From Hyphomicrobiaceae bacterium (GTDB taxonomy: Bacteria > Pseudomonadota > Alphaproteobacteria > Rhizobiales > Devosiaceae), in the NCBI GenBank assembly GCA_020638065.1, contig JACKJG010000013.1, forward strand, positions 19,058 through 83,057: a DNA stretch of 64,000 nt. The letters run 5' to 3'. A program made the position numbers and the translations under genes. Of the stretch, positions 12,975-23,706 are shown in pieces (position 1 is the first letter of the stretch; the number at the start of each line of letters is the position of its first letter). Below the pieces are notes generated by a model. That model made no database searches. It was not told the origin of the DNA and saw only the letters and a program-made list of their open reading frames with translations.

Positions 12975-13931
12975 CTAGCCTACCGCACGCAGATAGGGCC
13001 TGACCTCGAGTCCATCAGGCAGATCGTCGAGCGAATCGAACGCCAGCGGCAGGTCGTCGGCTTGAACCAGCTGGAAATTCTCGTCGCTGGCCAGTAGCGA
13101 GCGGAGCACCAGCGCATTGAGCGCATGTCCACCCTTGTACGAGCGGAACCGTCCGTAGATCGGATACCCGCCCAGCGCCAGGTCACCCACAGCGTCCAGC
13201 AGCTTGTGACGGACAAATTCATCCGGATAGCGAAGCGGCGTGGAATTGAGAATCTTGTCTTCTTCAACGAGAATCGAATTCTCCAGCGAAGAACCGAGTG
13301 CATATCCGGCCTGCTGAAGCGCGTTGCGGTCGCGCGCAAATCCAAACGTGCGGGCATGGCTGACATCTTCGGCGAACCGGCGCGGCGTCCAGTCGAGAAT
13401 CATGCGCTGTGACCCGATAACCGAATTGCCGAAGTCGATTTCCAGATCAAGCTCTCGGCCATTATAGGGTTCCAGAACCGCGAACGCATCGTTGTTGCGG
13501 ACCGTGATCTGACGATTGACCTTGAGGTACTTGCGGGCGGCCACCTGCACATCAATACCAACCGAAAGGATCGCATCAACGTAGGGCTTGGAACTGCCAT
13601 CAAGGATAGGGCATTCCTCGGCATCCACGCTGATCAGCGCATTGTCGATGCCAAGCCCGGAAAGCGCCGCCAGTGCGTGTTCCACCGTCGCCACGCTGGC
13701 TGATTCGCCCAGGTCGAGCGTGGTGCACAAGGTCGTTCGGGTGATGCGGGAAAAGTGAATTGGAACCGGACCGACGATACGTCCGTCTGAGAACTGCCGG
13801 ACAATCTGGAAACCGGAATCCGCAGGGGCCGGGTCTATTCGGAGATTGACCGGAACCGCACTGTGCACACCAATTCCTGAAAAAGCGATAGTACCGCCCA
13901 GAGTGCACTGACGTGCGGAAAGACGTTTCAT
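12975..13931 (-). CDS. lpxC: UDP-3-O-acyl-N-acetylglucosamine deacetylase
   Basis: QCTLGGTIAFSGIGVHS, TTLCTTL, VATVEHALAAL and HARTFGF..HKLLDAVGDLAL are LpxC signatures. Confidence 0.93.
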   Translation of the reverse strand: MKRLSARQCTLGGTIAFSGIGVHSAVPVNLRIDPAPADSGFQIVRQFSDGRIVGPVPIHFSRITRTTLCTTLDLGESASVATVEHALAALSGLGIDNALISVDAEECPILDGSSKPYVDAILSVGIDVQVAARKYLKVNRQITVRNNDAFAVLEPYNGRELDLEIDFGNSVIGSQRMILDWTPRRFAEDVSHARTFGFARDRNALQQAGYALGSSLENSILVEEDKILNSTPLRYPDEFVRHKLLDAVGDLALGGYPIYGRFRSYKGGHALNALVLRSLLASDENFQLVQADDLPLAFDSLDDLPDGLEVRPYLRAVG

Positions 13932-13971
13932 GACGCGACCCCGAAACTCCTGATCAGGAATCTGTTAAACA

Positions 13972-14004
13972 TAAAAAAGCCCGGTGCGGAACCCCGCGCC
14001 GGGC
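13972..14004 (-). terminator. Rho-independent terminator after ftsZ (minus strand)
   Basis: On the minus strand the sequence is GCCCGGCGCGGGGTTCCGCACCGGGC followed by TTTTTT. This gives a 10-bp stem with one mismatch, 26 nt downstream of the ftsZ stop. Confidence 0.55.
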
Positions 14005-14029
14005 ATTTTCATTGACGTAAACGGAAACC

Positions 14030-15658
14030 CTAGCCGTGCCGCTTCAAAAAGCTCGGGATTTCAAGCTGTTCGGTGTGTTGCCGATCCGCCACTTTCGGAC
14101 GGCCCTGATTGTCGAAACCGCCTTCGGCACCTTGCGGCTCGATTCGTTTGCGTTGCGGCTGTTCGATTGCATTGCGCGCAGCCAGGTCATCCGCTCCGGT
14201 CATGGCCCGCGCCTTGGCTTCGACTTCCTGCTTGAGGCTGAGGCCAACATTCGATGCCAGCCGCTTGAGCAGGGCGTGAGGCGTGTTGATCGCCGGCTTT
14301 TTGGGCTCTTCCATCTGGCGGCGAGCCGGTTGCGGTAATTCCTCTGCCCGCGGCATGCGGGCCGCAGGTTTGGTGCGCTGAGCCGCCTGGGGAACATAGG
14401 GGCTGGGCACGGGCCGCTCCTGCATGACAGGCGCCTCATGCGAGGCCATCGGGACCGCTTCGGGAATGTAGGGTTCAACCTCCACGTCGTCGCGGACGGC
14501 GCTCGACACTTGGCGCGCACGTTCTGACACGGCAGAAGCCATATCGGCCTCAAGCTCGTCGTTCTGAACGGCACTCGCCGGAATGGCCTGCGGCTGCGGA
14601 ACAGCCGGAGCGGGTTGTTGCGGTGCGCGATTGACCGTGATCGGCTTGCGGTTTGAATTCGGTTCGACAGGATCCATGGCCTGAACCATCGTCGCTTCGG
14701 TTCCGGTCGCAACGACCGACACGCGGATGCGATCGCCAAGCGTCTCATCAAACGTGGCGCCGACGATAATGTTGGCATCGCCACCCACCTGCTCGCGAAT
14801 GTAGCTGGCCGCCTCATCGAGTTCGTAAAGGGTCAGGCTGTCATTGCTACCCGTGACGGAAATCAGCAGGCCACGCGCGCCCTGAACCGACACATCGTCC
14901 TGCAGCGGATTGGAGATCGCGGCTTCCGCGGCGGCTGCGGCTCTGCCCTCGCCTTCGGCCTCGCCGGTGCCCATCATCGCCTTGCCCATGCCGCGCATGA
15001 CCGCCCGAACGTCGGCAAAATCGAGATTGATCAGGCCTTCCTTGACCATCAGGTCGGTGATGCAAGCTACGCCCGAATAGAGCACTTCGTCCGCCATCTT
15101 GAAGGCATCCGCGAAGGTGGTCTTTTCGTTGGCGACCCGGAAAAGGTTCTGGTTGGGGATGACAATCAACGTATCGACGTGACGGTGCATCTCGCCGATC
15201 CCGTCATCCGCCAGCGACATGCGGCGATTGCCTTCAAACTGGAAAGGCTTGGTAACGACGCCAACCGTCAGGATGCCTTGCTCGCGCGCCAGCCGCGCGA
15301 CAACCGGCGCTGCGCCGGTGCCCGTACCGCCACCCATGCCGGCCGTAATGAAAACCATATGTGCGCCCGAGAGATGATCATTGATCTCGTCAATGCTCTC
15401 CTCGGCGGCAGCCTTACCGACTTCCGGATGCGATCCGGCCCCGAGCCCTTCGGTGACCCCGACCCCAAGCTGCACGATGCGGCTGGCCTTGGATAGGGCA
15501 AGCGCTTGCGCGTCGGTGTTGGCAACAACGAAATCCACGCCCTCGAGCCCGGAATTGATCATGTTGTTGACCGCATTGCCGCCGGCTCCACCCACACCGA
15601 ACACGGTGATGCGTGGCTTCAGCTCCTGGATTTCGGGAATGGTTAAATTGATGCTCAT
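14030..15658 (-). CDS. ftsZ: Cell division GTPase FtsZ (long alphaproteobacterial linker form)
   Basis: Start at MSINLT. The tubulin signature [32 protein letters not shown] and the C-terminal conserved peptide LEIPSFLKR are present. Confidence 0.96.
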   Translation of the reverse strand: MSINLTIPEIQELKPRITVFGVGGAGGNAVNNMINSGLEGVDFVVANTDAQALALSKASRIVQLGVGVTEGLGAGSHPEVGKAAAEESIDEINDHLSGAHMVFITAGMGGGTGTGAAPVVARLAREQGILTVGVVTKPFQFEGNRRMSLADDGIGEMHRHVDTLIVIPNQNLFRVANEKTTFADAFKMADEVLYSGVACITDLMVKEGLINLDFADVRAVMRGMGKAMMGTGEAEGEGRAAAAAEAAISNPLQDDVSVQGARGLLISVTGSNDSLTLYELDEAASYIREQVGGDANIIVGATFDETLGDRIRVSVVATGTEATMVQAMDPVEPNSNRKPITVNRAPQQPAPAVPQPQAIPASAVQNDELEADMASAVSERARQVSSAVRDDVEVEPYIPEAVPMASHEAPVMQERPVPSPYVPQAAQRTKPAARMPRAEELPQPARRQMEEPKKPAINTPHALLKRLASNVGLSLKQEVEAKARAMTGADDLAARNAIEQPQRKRIEPQGAEGGFDNQGRPKVADRQHTEQLEIPSFLKRHG

Positions 15659-15798
15659 CGCGGGCCTCATGGATGCGTGTGAGCGCAATTTACCCGTCAA
15701 ATCGTTAATCGAGAGCTAACAAATTGAGGCATCGCCTTAGGATTTGTGCAATTTGCAAATGATCAGAGACGCTTGCTCAGAAATCATTAAGCATAGGC

Positions 15799-17115
15799 TC
15801 AGGCAAAACTGCTGCGCAGCCAGTGTGCTACACGCCGCACATAGCCATCTGTGCCCGTCAGGCGGGTGACGCCCCGCGGCTCAGTGAATTCGCGATGACA
15901 GATTTGCGGATAGACCAGCATGCCAACCGTTGCCGAAAAGGCAGGCCCCTTCGCCGTGGGCGGCAAACCGGCGATGCCGACCGGCCTCCCCGAGCGGACA
16001 TTGCGCGCCAGAACCCGCCGTGCCAGTTCCGGCAAACCCGTCAGGTCGCTGGCGCCGCCGGTTAGAATGAAACGCCGGCCGCACACGTCCATCATGCCCA
16101 TGGCATGCATCCGGTCGCGCACCGCGGTCAATGTCTCCTCGATACGTGGACGAATGATCCGCGTCAGTTTTTCGCGCGTGATCTGGAGCGGCACATCCTC
16201 GCTGCCGGCACCGACCTGCGAGACCTGAATGATATCGCGCTCGTCGCTTTGCCCCGGCAACACGCTGCCATAAACCGTCTTGATCCGCTCGGCATCCTCG
16301 ATGCTGACCGACAATTGCCGGGCAATGTCGAGGGTCAGATGATGTCCCCCGATCGCGATTGCGTCGGCGAAAACCATATGCCCCTGATTGAACACGGCCA
16401 CAGAGGTGGTCGCCCCGCCGAAATCGACCACGGCGACGCCAAGCATGCTCTCATCGTCAACCAGCGTTGCGAGCCCGCTGGCATAGGGCGTCGCGACCAG
16501 TGCCTCGACCTGCAGATGGCAGCGATTGAGCACCAGCTCGATATTGCGCATGGACAGCGTCTCGGCGGAAATCACCGCGACATCCAATCCCAACTGATCC
16601 CCGACAAGACCCAGCGGATCGGAAATGCCTTTCTGCCCGTCAAGCGCGTAGGAAATCGGCAAGGCGTGAATGATCGAGCGTTCCGGGCGGACCGAACGTT
16701 CGTTAACCGCATCGAGAACGCGATAGATGTCGCCGCGCTCGACCTCGGTGCCCGAAAGCGAGACCGACGCAGAAAAAGTTTCAGAGGAAAGCCGGCCGGA
16801 CGTGACGTTGACGATAACGGATTCTGCCGTGACCCCGGCCTGCCGCTCGGCCATGCCAACCACATTGCGCACCGCCTGCTCGGCTCGCGCCAGATCCGAA
16901 ATGACGCCGCTTTTCACACCATCGGATTTGCCATGTCCAAAACCGATCACCTCGGCAACGTGCGTGCGCTCCTTGAGCGCCTTGCGCTCCGGGCTCGGCA
17001 CGAGGCGCGCAATCACGCAGGCCATTTTGGTCGACCCGATATCGAGAACGGTCACCAGGGAGGATTTGCCCGGCTGCACCGGTTTCAGTCGCGCGGTCAT
17101 GGAATGGCTTATCAT
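15799..17115 (-). CDS. ftsA: Cell division protein FtsA
   Basis: Actin-fold motifs VLDIGSTKMACVIA, VVDFGGATTSVAVF and LTGGASDLTGLPELA are present, and the gene sits between ftsQ and ftsZ. Confidence 0.93.
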   Translation of the reverse strand: MISHSMTARLKPVQPGKSSLVTVLDIGSTKMACVIARLVPSPERKALKERTHVAEVIGFGHGKSDGVKSGVISDLARAEQAVRNVVGMAERQAGVTAESVIVNVTSGRLSSETFSASVSLSGTEVERGDIYRVLDAVNERSVRPERSIIHALPISYALDGQKGISDPLGLVGDQLGLDVAVISAETLSMRNIELVLNRCHLQVEALVATPYASGLATLVDDESMLGVAVVDFGGATTSVAVFNQGHMVFADAIAIGGHHLTLDIARQLSVSIEDAERIKTVYGSVLPGQSDERDIIQVSQVGAGSEDVPLQITREKLTRIIRPRIEETLTAVRDRMHAMGMMDVCGRRFILTGGASDLTGLPELARRVLARNVRSGRPVGIAGLPPTAKGPAFSATVGMLVYPQICHREFTEPRGVTRLTGTDGYVRRVAHWLRSSFA

Positions 17116-17133
17116 CTCAATCTTGCTTTCAAA

Positions 17134-18027
17134 CTATTCGTCGTCGCGCTTTGTCGGACTGATGGCAATCAGTCCGGGAACGCGCAGGTCGATCACGTCA
17201 ATGTCCCGGTCGAGGATTTGCGCCGAAGCCTGCTGTTCCTCGAGCAGGTTCAGTGCTTGTGCAAATCCGCGCTCGGGCATCTGCACCCGCAATCCCGTGT
17301 CATAGATGAAGTCCCAGCGCCGATCGGCAATCCGGCTGATCGCGGCCAGCCCCTGTTCCAGAACCGGATGCCGGTCGAGAACGGCGATAATGGTTGCCGC
17401 ATCATCTTGCGCACCGTCACCAATGACCAGCGGCAGCGTGTCGTCCGCCGGGTCGGCCACCGCCAATTGTTCGCCCTTGGCATCGATCAGAAACGTAACG
17501 CCGTCCACGCGCCAGCGGGCCACCGGGTCCGCCTCGGTGATATTGATCACCAGTTGCGAGGGATAGACCTTGCGGATCGTCGCGTCCTTGACCGCTGGCA
17601 GGTCCAGCAATCGCGCACGCGCCGCATCGGCATCGAACTGGAAGATTGTCGTGTTCGGGGTAATCTCGAGTGCATCCGCAATCTGCTTTTCCTGCGTCAC
17701 CGCCTGCCCCGAGATCGTAATCTCGGAAATGCCGACGCCTGCCGCCGCAAAACGCCCCGAAAGCAGGTGCCCCAGCGTCGTTCCCGCCTGCATGATGCCA
17801 CCGCGTGCCTGAAACAGGCCTGCCGCTAGAAGCGCAATGGCAATCCCGGCAAATGCATAGATGAACCAGCGGCGATGCAGCACCCATGCACGATTGACCG
17901 AGCGCTGCGCTCTGACCAGAGGGCCCGCACCCGCCGCGCGCACGGGCATTCGTGTCTGCTGCGGCGCCAGGATCAGCTGGTTTTTGGAAAGTGCGATTGT
18001 CCGCGACTGAGCCTTCAGCGATTGCAA
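17134..18027 (-). CDS. ftsQ: Cell division protein FtsQ
   Basis: A single TM segment (WFIYAFAGIAIALLAAGLF) is followed by a POTRA-like domain (ISEITISG..ARARLLDLPAVKDATIRKVYPSQLVINITE). The TTG start at 18027 is preceded by GGAGGA; an alternative ATG is at 17949. Confidence 0.85.
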   Translation of the reverse strand: MQSLKAQSRTIALSKNQLILAPQQTRMPVRAAGAGPLVRAQRSVNRAWVLHRRWFIYAFAGIAIALLAAGLFQARGGIMQAGTTLGHLLSGRFAAAGVGISEITISGQAVTQEKQIADALEITPNTTIFQFDADAARARLLDLPAVKDATIRKVYPSQLVINITEADPVARWRVDGVTFLIDAKGEQLAVADPADDTLPLVIGDGAQDDAATIIAVLDRHPVLEQGLAAISRIADRRWDFIYDTGLRVQMPERGFAQALNLLEEQQASAQILDRDIDVIDLRVPGLIAISPTKRDDE

Positions 18028-18935
18028 CTCGCGTCCTCCACGATCCAGCGCACAAGTTCTTCAAAACTGTGCCCGGCGTGCTGCGCGAGTTCAGGAACCA
18101 AAGACGTACCGGTCATGCCCGGCTGCGTATTGACCTCAAGGCAAACAAGTTCACCTTCCGGCCCCGCAAGATCGTTGTACCGAAAATCCGCTCGTGTCAC
18201 GCCACGACACCCCAGCGCCTCATGCGCTTTGAGCGCCATTTTCTGTACTTTTTCGTAAATATTCGATGAAATCTCGGCTGGGAGAATATGTCGCGACCCG
18301 CCAGATGCGTATTTTGCCTCATAATTGTAGAAATGCAGGTCCGTGACGATCTCGATCACACCCAGCGCAACGTCGCCCATCACCGCGCAGGTCAGCTCCC
18401 GGCCGGGCACGTAGCGCTCTGCCATCAAATACTCGCCGCCCAGCCAGTCTTCGCCGAGAATTTCCTGCGGCGGATGTGTGCTTTCCGATTTGACCAGAAA
18501 CACCCCGACGCTCGACCCTTCGGCGACCGGCTTGACCACGTAGGGCGGCTGCATGACGTGCGCCCGCGCGATGTCCGACCGGTGCGCAATCTTGTGATCG
18601 GTGACCGGTACGCCCACCGTTTTGAACGCAATCTTGGCGTGATGTTTGTTCATCGCCAGTGCGGACGACAGAACGCCGGAATGGGTATAGGGAATCTGCA
18701 TCGTTTCCAGCAGCCCCTGGATCAACCCGTCTTCGCCACCCTTGCCGTGTAGCCCATTGAGCGCGACGTCCGGTTTCACCTCGGCCAGCTTCTGCGCAAT
18801 ATCGCGCCCGACATCGATTTCGGTGACCTCGTATCCGGCTTCGCGTGCCCATTTCGCATAGAAGGCGCCGGTCCCCAGGGAGACCTCGCGTTCGGCGGAA
18901 AGCCCGCCCATCAGCACCGCAACATGCTTGGCCAT
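18015..18935 (-). CDS. ddl: D-alanine--D-alanine ligase
   Basis: VAVLMGGLSAEREVSL, LHGKGGEDGLIQGLLE, the ATP-grasp region and the C-terminal EVNTQPGMT are present. Confidence 0.93.
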   Translation of the reverse strand: MAKHVAVLMGGLSAEREVSLGTGAFYAKWAREAGYEVTEIDVGRDIAQKLAEVKPDVALNGLHGKGGEDGLIQGLLETMQIPYTHSGVLSSALAMNKHHAKIAFKTVGVPVTDHKIAHRSDIARAHVMQPPYVVKPVAEGSSVGVFLVKSESTHPPQEILGEDWLGGEYLMAERYVPGRELTCAVMGDVALGVIEIVTDLHFYNYEAKYASGGSRHILPAEISSNIYEKVQKMALKAHEALGCRGVTRADFRYNDLAGPEGELVCLEVNTQPGMTGTSLVPELAQHAGHSFEELVRWIVEDASCNR

Positions 18936-19912
18936 CACACCGCCCCCGTGAAGACATCACCATCAAGGAACTCCCGGATTTCCGCGCCTTGAACAAAGTG
19001 CCCCATGCGGCGGATTTCCCAGCGGAGCTCGATACCCGAATTCTCGCGCACCCGATTGCGGACCGTTTCACCCACCAACTCGATATCGTGTGCCGTCGCG
19101 CCGCCAAGATTGATCAGGAAATTGCAGTGCTGTTCGGACACCTGTGCGTTGCCGATCGTCAGCCCGCGGCAACCCGCTGCGTCGATCAGCTTCCAGCTCG
19201 AATGGCCTTCGGGATTCTTGAAGGTCGATCCACCCGTCCGCGCCTTGGTCGGCTGCGAACTTTCGCGGGTTTCCGTGATTTCCTTCATCCGGGCTCGAAT
19301 CTCGTCCGGATCGCCCGGTACGCCCTGATAGACCGCAGACGTGAAGACGACATCGCGCGGCCCGTTGGACTTGCGATATTTGTAGCCCATGTCCGCATTG
19401 CTGAGTTCGATGATCTCGCCCTGCCGGGTCACACCCCGAAGCGAGACCATCCGGTCGCGCGTTTCAGTGCCATAGCACCCCGCATTCATGTAAAGGGCGC
19501 CCCCAATGCCGCCGGGAATGCCGCGATAAAAGGTCAGCCCATCAATCCCGGCCTCCGCCGCAGCGGTCGCAGCCTTGACGTCCGGCAGGGCCGCCCCGAC
19601 TTCGATCCGGTGATCGTCGAGCGCCCTGGCGCCCCCAAAGCCCTTGGCCGGAAGGCGGATAACCACGCCATCAAGCCCGCCATCGCGGATCAGGAGATTG
19701 GACCCCAGCCCGATCACCGTGACCTTGATCTGTTCCGGCAGATTTCCGAGAAACAGCGCCAGGTCGGCTTCATCCGCCGGCATGAACAAGAGCTGAGCCG
19801 GACCGCCAACGCGAAAATTGGCCAACTCCGAGAGCATCTGGTTGGGTATCAGCTTGCCGCGCACCTCCGAGGTCCAGCCTCCCAATTCCGGCAACAGGTC
19901 GGGATGGGTCAT
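18935..19912 (-). CDS. murB: UDP-N-acetylenolpyruvoylglucosamine reductase
   Basis: The FAD-binding pattern [21 protein letters not shown] and [18 protein letters not shown], plus the C-terminal GSTFKNP, are present. Start MTHPDLL overlaps the murC stop (ATGA). Confidence 0.92.
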   Translation of the reverse strand: MTHPDLLPELGGWTSEVRGKLIPNQMLSELANFRVGGPAQLLFMPADEADLALFLGNLPEQIKVTVIGLGSNLLIRDGGLDGVVIRLPAKGFGGARALDDHRIEVGAALPDVKAATAAAEAGIDGLTFYRGIPGGIGGALYMNAGCYGTETRDRMVSLRGVTRQGEIIELSNADMGYKYRKSNGPRDVVFTSAVYQGVPGDPDEIRARMKEITETRESSQPTKARTGGSTFKNPEGHSSWKLIDAAGCRGLTIGNAQVSEQHCNFLINLGGATAHDIELVGETVRNRVRENSGIELRWEIRRMGHFVQGAEIREFLDGDVFTGAV

Positions 19913-21327
19913 TCGGCGGCTCCCTTGAGCGTCACCTGCAACTGGCCGGGCAATTGCGCCGCCCAGGCGGTGATGTTCCCCGCCCCGAGGCAAACGACGT
20001 AATCACCTGCGGAAGCGCGTTCGCCGATCATCGGCGCCAGTTCCGCATCGCTTTCGATCGTGCGCACATCACGATGCCCGCGCGCGCGCATCTCGGCGGC
20101 GAGCGCATGGTGATCGACGCCTTCGATCGGGCTTTCACCTGCGGCATAGACGGGCGCAACGATGACACAATCCGCATCGTTGAAGCAGGCGGAAAACTCA
20201 TCCATCAGGCTTTCGAGGCGCGAATAGCGGTGCGGCTGCACCACGGCTATCACCTCGTTGTCGGCCGATTGCCGTGCCGCACTCAGAACCGCGGCGATTT
20301 CGACCGGGTGATGTCCGTAATCGTCGATGATCGTGACCCCGCCAACCTCGCCGACCCGGGTGAAGCGGCGTTTGACACCGCCAAAGCTCTTCAGCCCAGA
20401 GCGAATATCATCGGCGCTGACGCCAAGCTGATCGGCCACCACGATCGCCGCCGTCGCGTTCAGGACGTTATGCTGGCCCGGCATTGGCAATTCGATATCG
20501 GTGATGGAACGCTCGTCGCCCGTGCGCCGGTCGCGCACCACCACATCGAAATGCGACGCACCCCGCTCGGCGCGCAGATTGATGATGCGCACATCTGCCT
20601 GCGGATTGGTGCCATAGGAAACCACCCGCCGGTCCTCAATGTCACCCACCAGCGCCTGCACTTCGGGATGATCGAGGCACATGACCGCAAAGCCGTAGAA
20701 GGGCACATTCTCGACGAAGGAATGAAATGCCTGTTTGACCGCTTCGAAATTCTTGTAGTGGTCGAGGTGTTCCGGATCGATATTGGTCACCACAGCAATA
20801 TCTGCAGGCAATTTGACGAACGTTCCGTCACTCTCGTCTGCCTCGACCACCATCCATTCGCCCTTGCCCAGCCGCGCATTGGTGCCATAGGCGTTGATGA
20901 TACCGCCATTGATGACGGTCGGCTCCATCCGGCCAGCCTCGAGCAGCGCCGACACAAGTGAAGTCGTCGTGGTCTTGCCGTGCGTTCCGCCGATCGCGAT
21001 GGCGTTCTTGAATCGCATGATCTCAGCCAGCATTTCGGCACGCCGCACCACCGGCAACGACCGCCGCCGCGCTTCGGCCAGTTCCGGATTTCCGGACTTG
21101 ACCGCGGACGACACCACCACCACCGCCGCGTCCCGGAGATTATCCTCGGAATGTCCAACGACGACATCGATGCCCATCTCGCGCAGGCGCTGCACATTGG
21201 CGTTGGCCGCCTGATCGGATCCGCGCACCTTGTAGCCCTGCGAATGCAGGATCTCGGCGATCCCGCTCATGCCGATCCCGCCGATCCCGACAAAATGGAC
21301 CGGCCCGATTTCGGTTGGCATTTTCAT
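19909..21327 (-). CDS. murC: UDP-N-acetylmuramate--L-alanine ligase
   Basis: [18 protein letters not shown] and the Mur ligase P-loop [13 protein letters not shown] are present. Start is at MKMPTEIG, 13 nt after the murG stop. Confidence 0.93.
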   Translation of the reverse strand: MKMPTEIGPVHFVGIGGIGMSGIAEILHSQGYKVRGSDQAANANVQRLREMGIDVVVGHSEDNLRDAAVVVVSSAVKSGNPELAEARRRSLPVVRRAEMLAEIMRFKNAIAIGGTHGKTTTTSLVSALLEAGRMEPTVINGGIINAYGTNARLGKGEWMVVEADESDGTFVKLPADIAVVTNIDPEHLDHYKNFEAVKQAFHSFVENVPFYGFAVMCLDHPEVQALVGDIEDRRVVSYGTNPQADVRIINLRAERGASHFDVVVRDRRTGDERSITDIELPMPGQHNVLNATAAIVVADQLGVSADDIRSGLKSFGGVKRRFTRVGEVGGVTIIDDYGHHPVEIAAVLSAARQSADNEVIAVVQPHRYSRLESLMDEFSACFNDADCVIVAPVYAAGESPIEGVDHHALAAEMRARGHRDVRTIESDAELAPMIGERASAGDYVVCLGAGNITAWAAQLPGQLQVTLKGAAE

Positions 21328-21340
21328 TTGGTTTGTCCCG

Positions 21341-22441
21341 TCATTTGCGCTCGCCCGCCTCGGCGACGCGCTCCACCAGATCGGCCAGACGTTTGACGGC
21401 GTCCGGAAACCCCATCTGCGCGGCATGATCAGCGGCGTTTATCAGAGTCTTCGGCTCCGCCAAAAGTTCGACAAGCCTGCTCGCAAGAGATTGCGGTGAA
21501 AGATTGGCCTGATCGGCCAGCCATCCGCCCCCGCCCTGTTCGAAAAGCGTCGCATTCGCCCGCTGATCCTGATCCAGTGACCCTGGCAGCGGGATCAGGA
21601 TCGCCGGACGGCCAATCACGCCAAGCTCGGCAACCGTGGACGCACCCGAGCGCGAAATCACCAGATGCGAACCGGCCATGCGTTCGGGCAGATCGTCGAA
21701 AAACGTCGCCAATTGCACGTTCACATGCGCATCGCGATAGATTGCCGTCACGCGCTCAAGATCTTCCTCACGGCACTGCTGGGTCACGCGTACCCGTCTG
21801 CGCAGGATTTCCGGCAGAGGGGCAATCGCCGGCGGCACGAGGTCGGATAGAGCCCGCGCGCCCTGCGAACCGCCGAACACCAATAGTTCGATCGGCCCCT
21901 CGTCCGACAAATCCGGATAGGTCCGTCCCGATGCGGCAATCACCCGGTCGCGCACCGGGTTGCCGGTCACTTCGCGCAGCCCGGAAAATTTCTCGGCGTG
22001 CAAGGTTTTGTCGAAATGCAGCGCAAGCGCATTAGCGAACCGGGCCAGCGCCCGGTTGGCGCGGCCAAGCACAGCATTCTGTTCGTGAAGAACCCCCGGA
22101 ATTCCCATCAACGATGCCGCAAGAAACGGCGGAAAACAGGGATATCCACCAAACGCCACGACGGCGTCAGGGTCAATGTCACGCAAGGCGCCCCAGGCAA
22201 CGCCGATGCCTTTGAGAATGGTGAAACTCGCGCCGACGAACTTGATCGGGTTGCTGAGGGAGGGCGTTGCGGCGGGAATGATATGCACCTTTTTGGCAGG
22301 GAAGTCCTTGCCGTAGGATCGGACCCGTTCGTCGGTCGCCAGGTGAACCACGTGCCCGCGCCGGCCGAATTCCTGCGCAAGCGCCATGGCCGGAAAGAGG
22401 TGCCCTCCCGTGCCGCCAGCCATCAATACGAACGTCGCCAT
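21341..22441 (-). CDS. murG: UDP-N-acetylglucosamine--N-acetylmuramyl-(pentapeptide) pyrophosphoryl-undecaprenol GlcNAc transferase
   Basis: The N-terminal [17 protein letters not shown] and the GT28 C-terminal [24 protein letters not shown] are present. Confidence 0.93.
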   Translation of the reverse strand: MATFVLMAGGTGGHLFPAMALAQEFGRRGHVVHLATDERVRSYGKDFPAKKVHIIPAATPSLSNPIKFVGASFTILKGIGVAWGALRDIDPDAVVAFGGYPCFPPFLAASLMGIPGVLHEQNAVLGRANRALARFANALALHFDKTLHAEKFSGLREVTGNPVRDRVIAASGRTYPDLSDEGPIELLVFGGSQGARALSDLVPPAIAPLPEILRRRVRVTQQCREEDLERVTAIYRDAHVNVQLATFFDDLPERMAGSHLVISRSGASTVAELGVIGRPAILIPLPGSLDQDQRANATLFEQGGGGWLADQANLSPQSLASRLVELLAEPKTLINAADHAAQMGFPDAVKRLADLVERVAEAGERK

Positions 22442-22457
22442 GAAGTCCTGTCAGGTC

Positions 22458-23609
22458 CTAGCCTGCTGTCGCGCTGCGGAATGCGGGCAGACCGCTGATC
22501 TGCCGTTCCTCGGGTTTGCGCCGGGTCAGGCTGAGCACCATGCCCATGCCGAACGCCGTCGCGATCATCGAGGTGCCACCATAAGAGACAAATGGCAAGG
22601 TCATTCCCTTCGGGGGCAACAGGCTGAGATTGACCATCAGGTTGATGGTTGCCTGCATGCCGAATTGCAGCGCCAGGGCGCTGATCGCCAGTCTCGGGAA
22701 CAGGTTGGAACGTTGCTGGGCACCCCAGAGCGCCCGGACCACCACGAATCCGATTACGAAAACCAGAAGCATCGAAAACAGAATGCCGAATTCTCCAGCC
22801 GCTGCGGAAAACACGAAATCGGCATGCGCATCGGGCACGTAGCGGCGCACCATGGCCTCGCCCGGCCCCTGCCCGAACCAGCCACCCTCAAGCAACGATT
22901 GCAGCGCCTTGTTGACCTGGTAATTGCCGATCGCTTCGGGGTTGAGAAACAGGTCCACGCGCCGCGCCACGTGCGGGAAAAGCATGTAGGCCCCCGTCGA
23001 GAGCAACAGTGCCGCCGCACCGAAGCTGAGGATCAGCCACCAGCTGATCCCCGAAATGAACAGCACCACCGCAAAGGTTAGTGTCACCAGAACCGTCTGT
23101 CCAAAATCCGGTTGCAGCATCAGAAGCGACAGAATGATGCCCAAAAGACCGAATGCGATCAGCCGCGCCGGCATGTCGGGCTTTTGCATGTGTTCGGCAA
23201 ATAGCCAGGCGATGATCACCGCAAATGCCGGTTTGACGAATTCGGACGGCTGCACCGACGTACCCAGGATCAGAAGCCAGCGCCGGGCGCCCTTGATTTC
23301 GACGCCGAATTTCAGCGTGAGTGCAAGAAACGCAATACTCACCACCAGAACCGCGAGAGCCGTCCAGCGAATCTGTCTCACGCTCATCAGCGAAGTCAGA
23401 AACATCACGCCGATGGCCGGAAAAAGGAACAGAAAATGCCGGATGGTGAAATACCATTGGCCATATCCCAGCCGCTCGGCCACCGGCGGGCTCGCCGCGA
23501 AACTGAGGCCCATGCCGAACATCATCAGCAACAGGATGGCCGCCAGAAGCGTCCGGTCTACGGTGAACCACCATTCGGCTAAGGGAGTTTTTTGAGCACG
23601 CGAAAACAT
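22458..23609 (-). CDS. ftsW: SEDS-family peptidoglycan glycosyltransferase / cell division protein FtsW
   Basis: The 383-aa polytopic protein has QPSEFVKP, DFGQ and LPPKGMTLPFVSYGGTSM SEDS signatures and sits in the dcw cluster. Confidence 0.9.
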   Translation of the reverse strand: MFSRAQKTPLAEWWFTVDRTLLAAILLLMMFGMGLSFAASPPVAERLGYGQWYFTIRHFLFLFPAIGVMFLTSLMSVRQIRWTALAVLVVSIAFLALTLKFGVEIKGARRWLLILGTSVQPSEFVKPAFAVIIAWLFAEHMQKPDMPARLIAFGLLGIILSLLMLQPDFGQTVLVTLTFAVVLFISGISWWLILSFGAAALLLSTGAYMLFPHVARRVDLFLNPEAIGNYQVNKALQSLLEGGWFGQGPGEAMVRRYVPDAHADFVFSAAAGEFGILFSMLLVFVIGFVVVRALWGAQQRSNLFPRLAISALALQFGMQATINLMVNLSLLPPKGMTLPFVSYGGTSMIATAFGMGMVLSLTRRKPEERQISGLPAFRSATAG

Positions 23610-23706
23610 TCAACTCGTCCGGTCCGCCCGGAAGGGGCGTGAAAGATTGGTCGAATGTAGACCGGCAACTCTTACTATTTCGCAACCATAATTGCGCCGG
23701 GCGAAA

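Noticed and set aside
16105-17829. Very long ORFs antisense to core genes. Examples: 16105-17829 (+) opposite ftsA/ftsQ; 48099-50039 (+) opposite katG; 8741-9751 and 10753-11871 (+) opposite ligA/recN; 11997-12920 (+) opposite bamD; 19954-20961 (+) opposite murC; 26294-27421 (+) opposite murE; 38-760 (-) opposite uvrD.
   Set aside because: These are typical shadow ORFs of high-GC DNA. Their translations are Arg/Gly/His/Pro-rich with no motifs, while the opposite strand encodes unmistakable conserved proteins across the full length.
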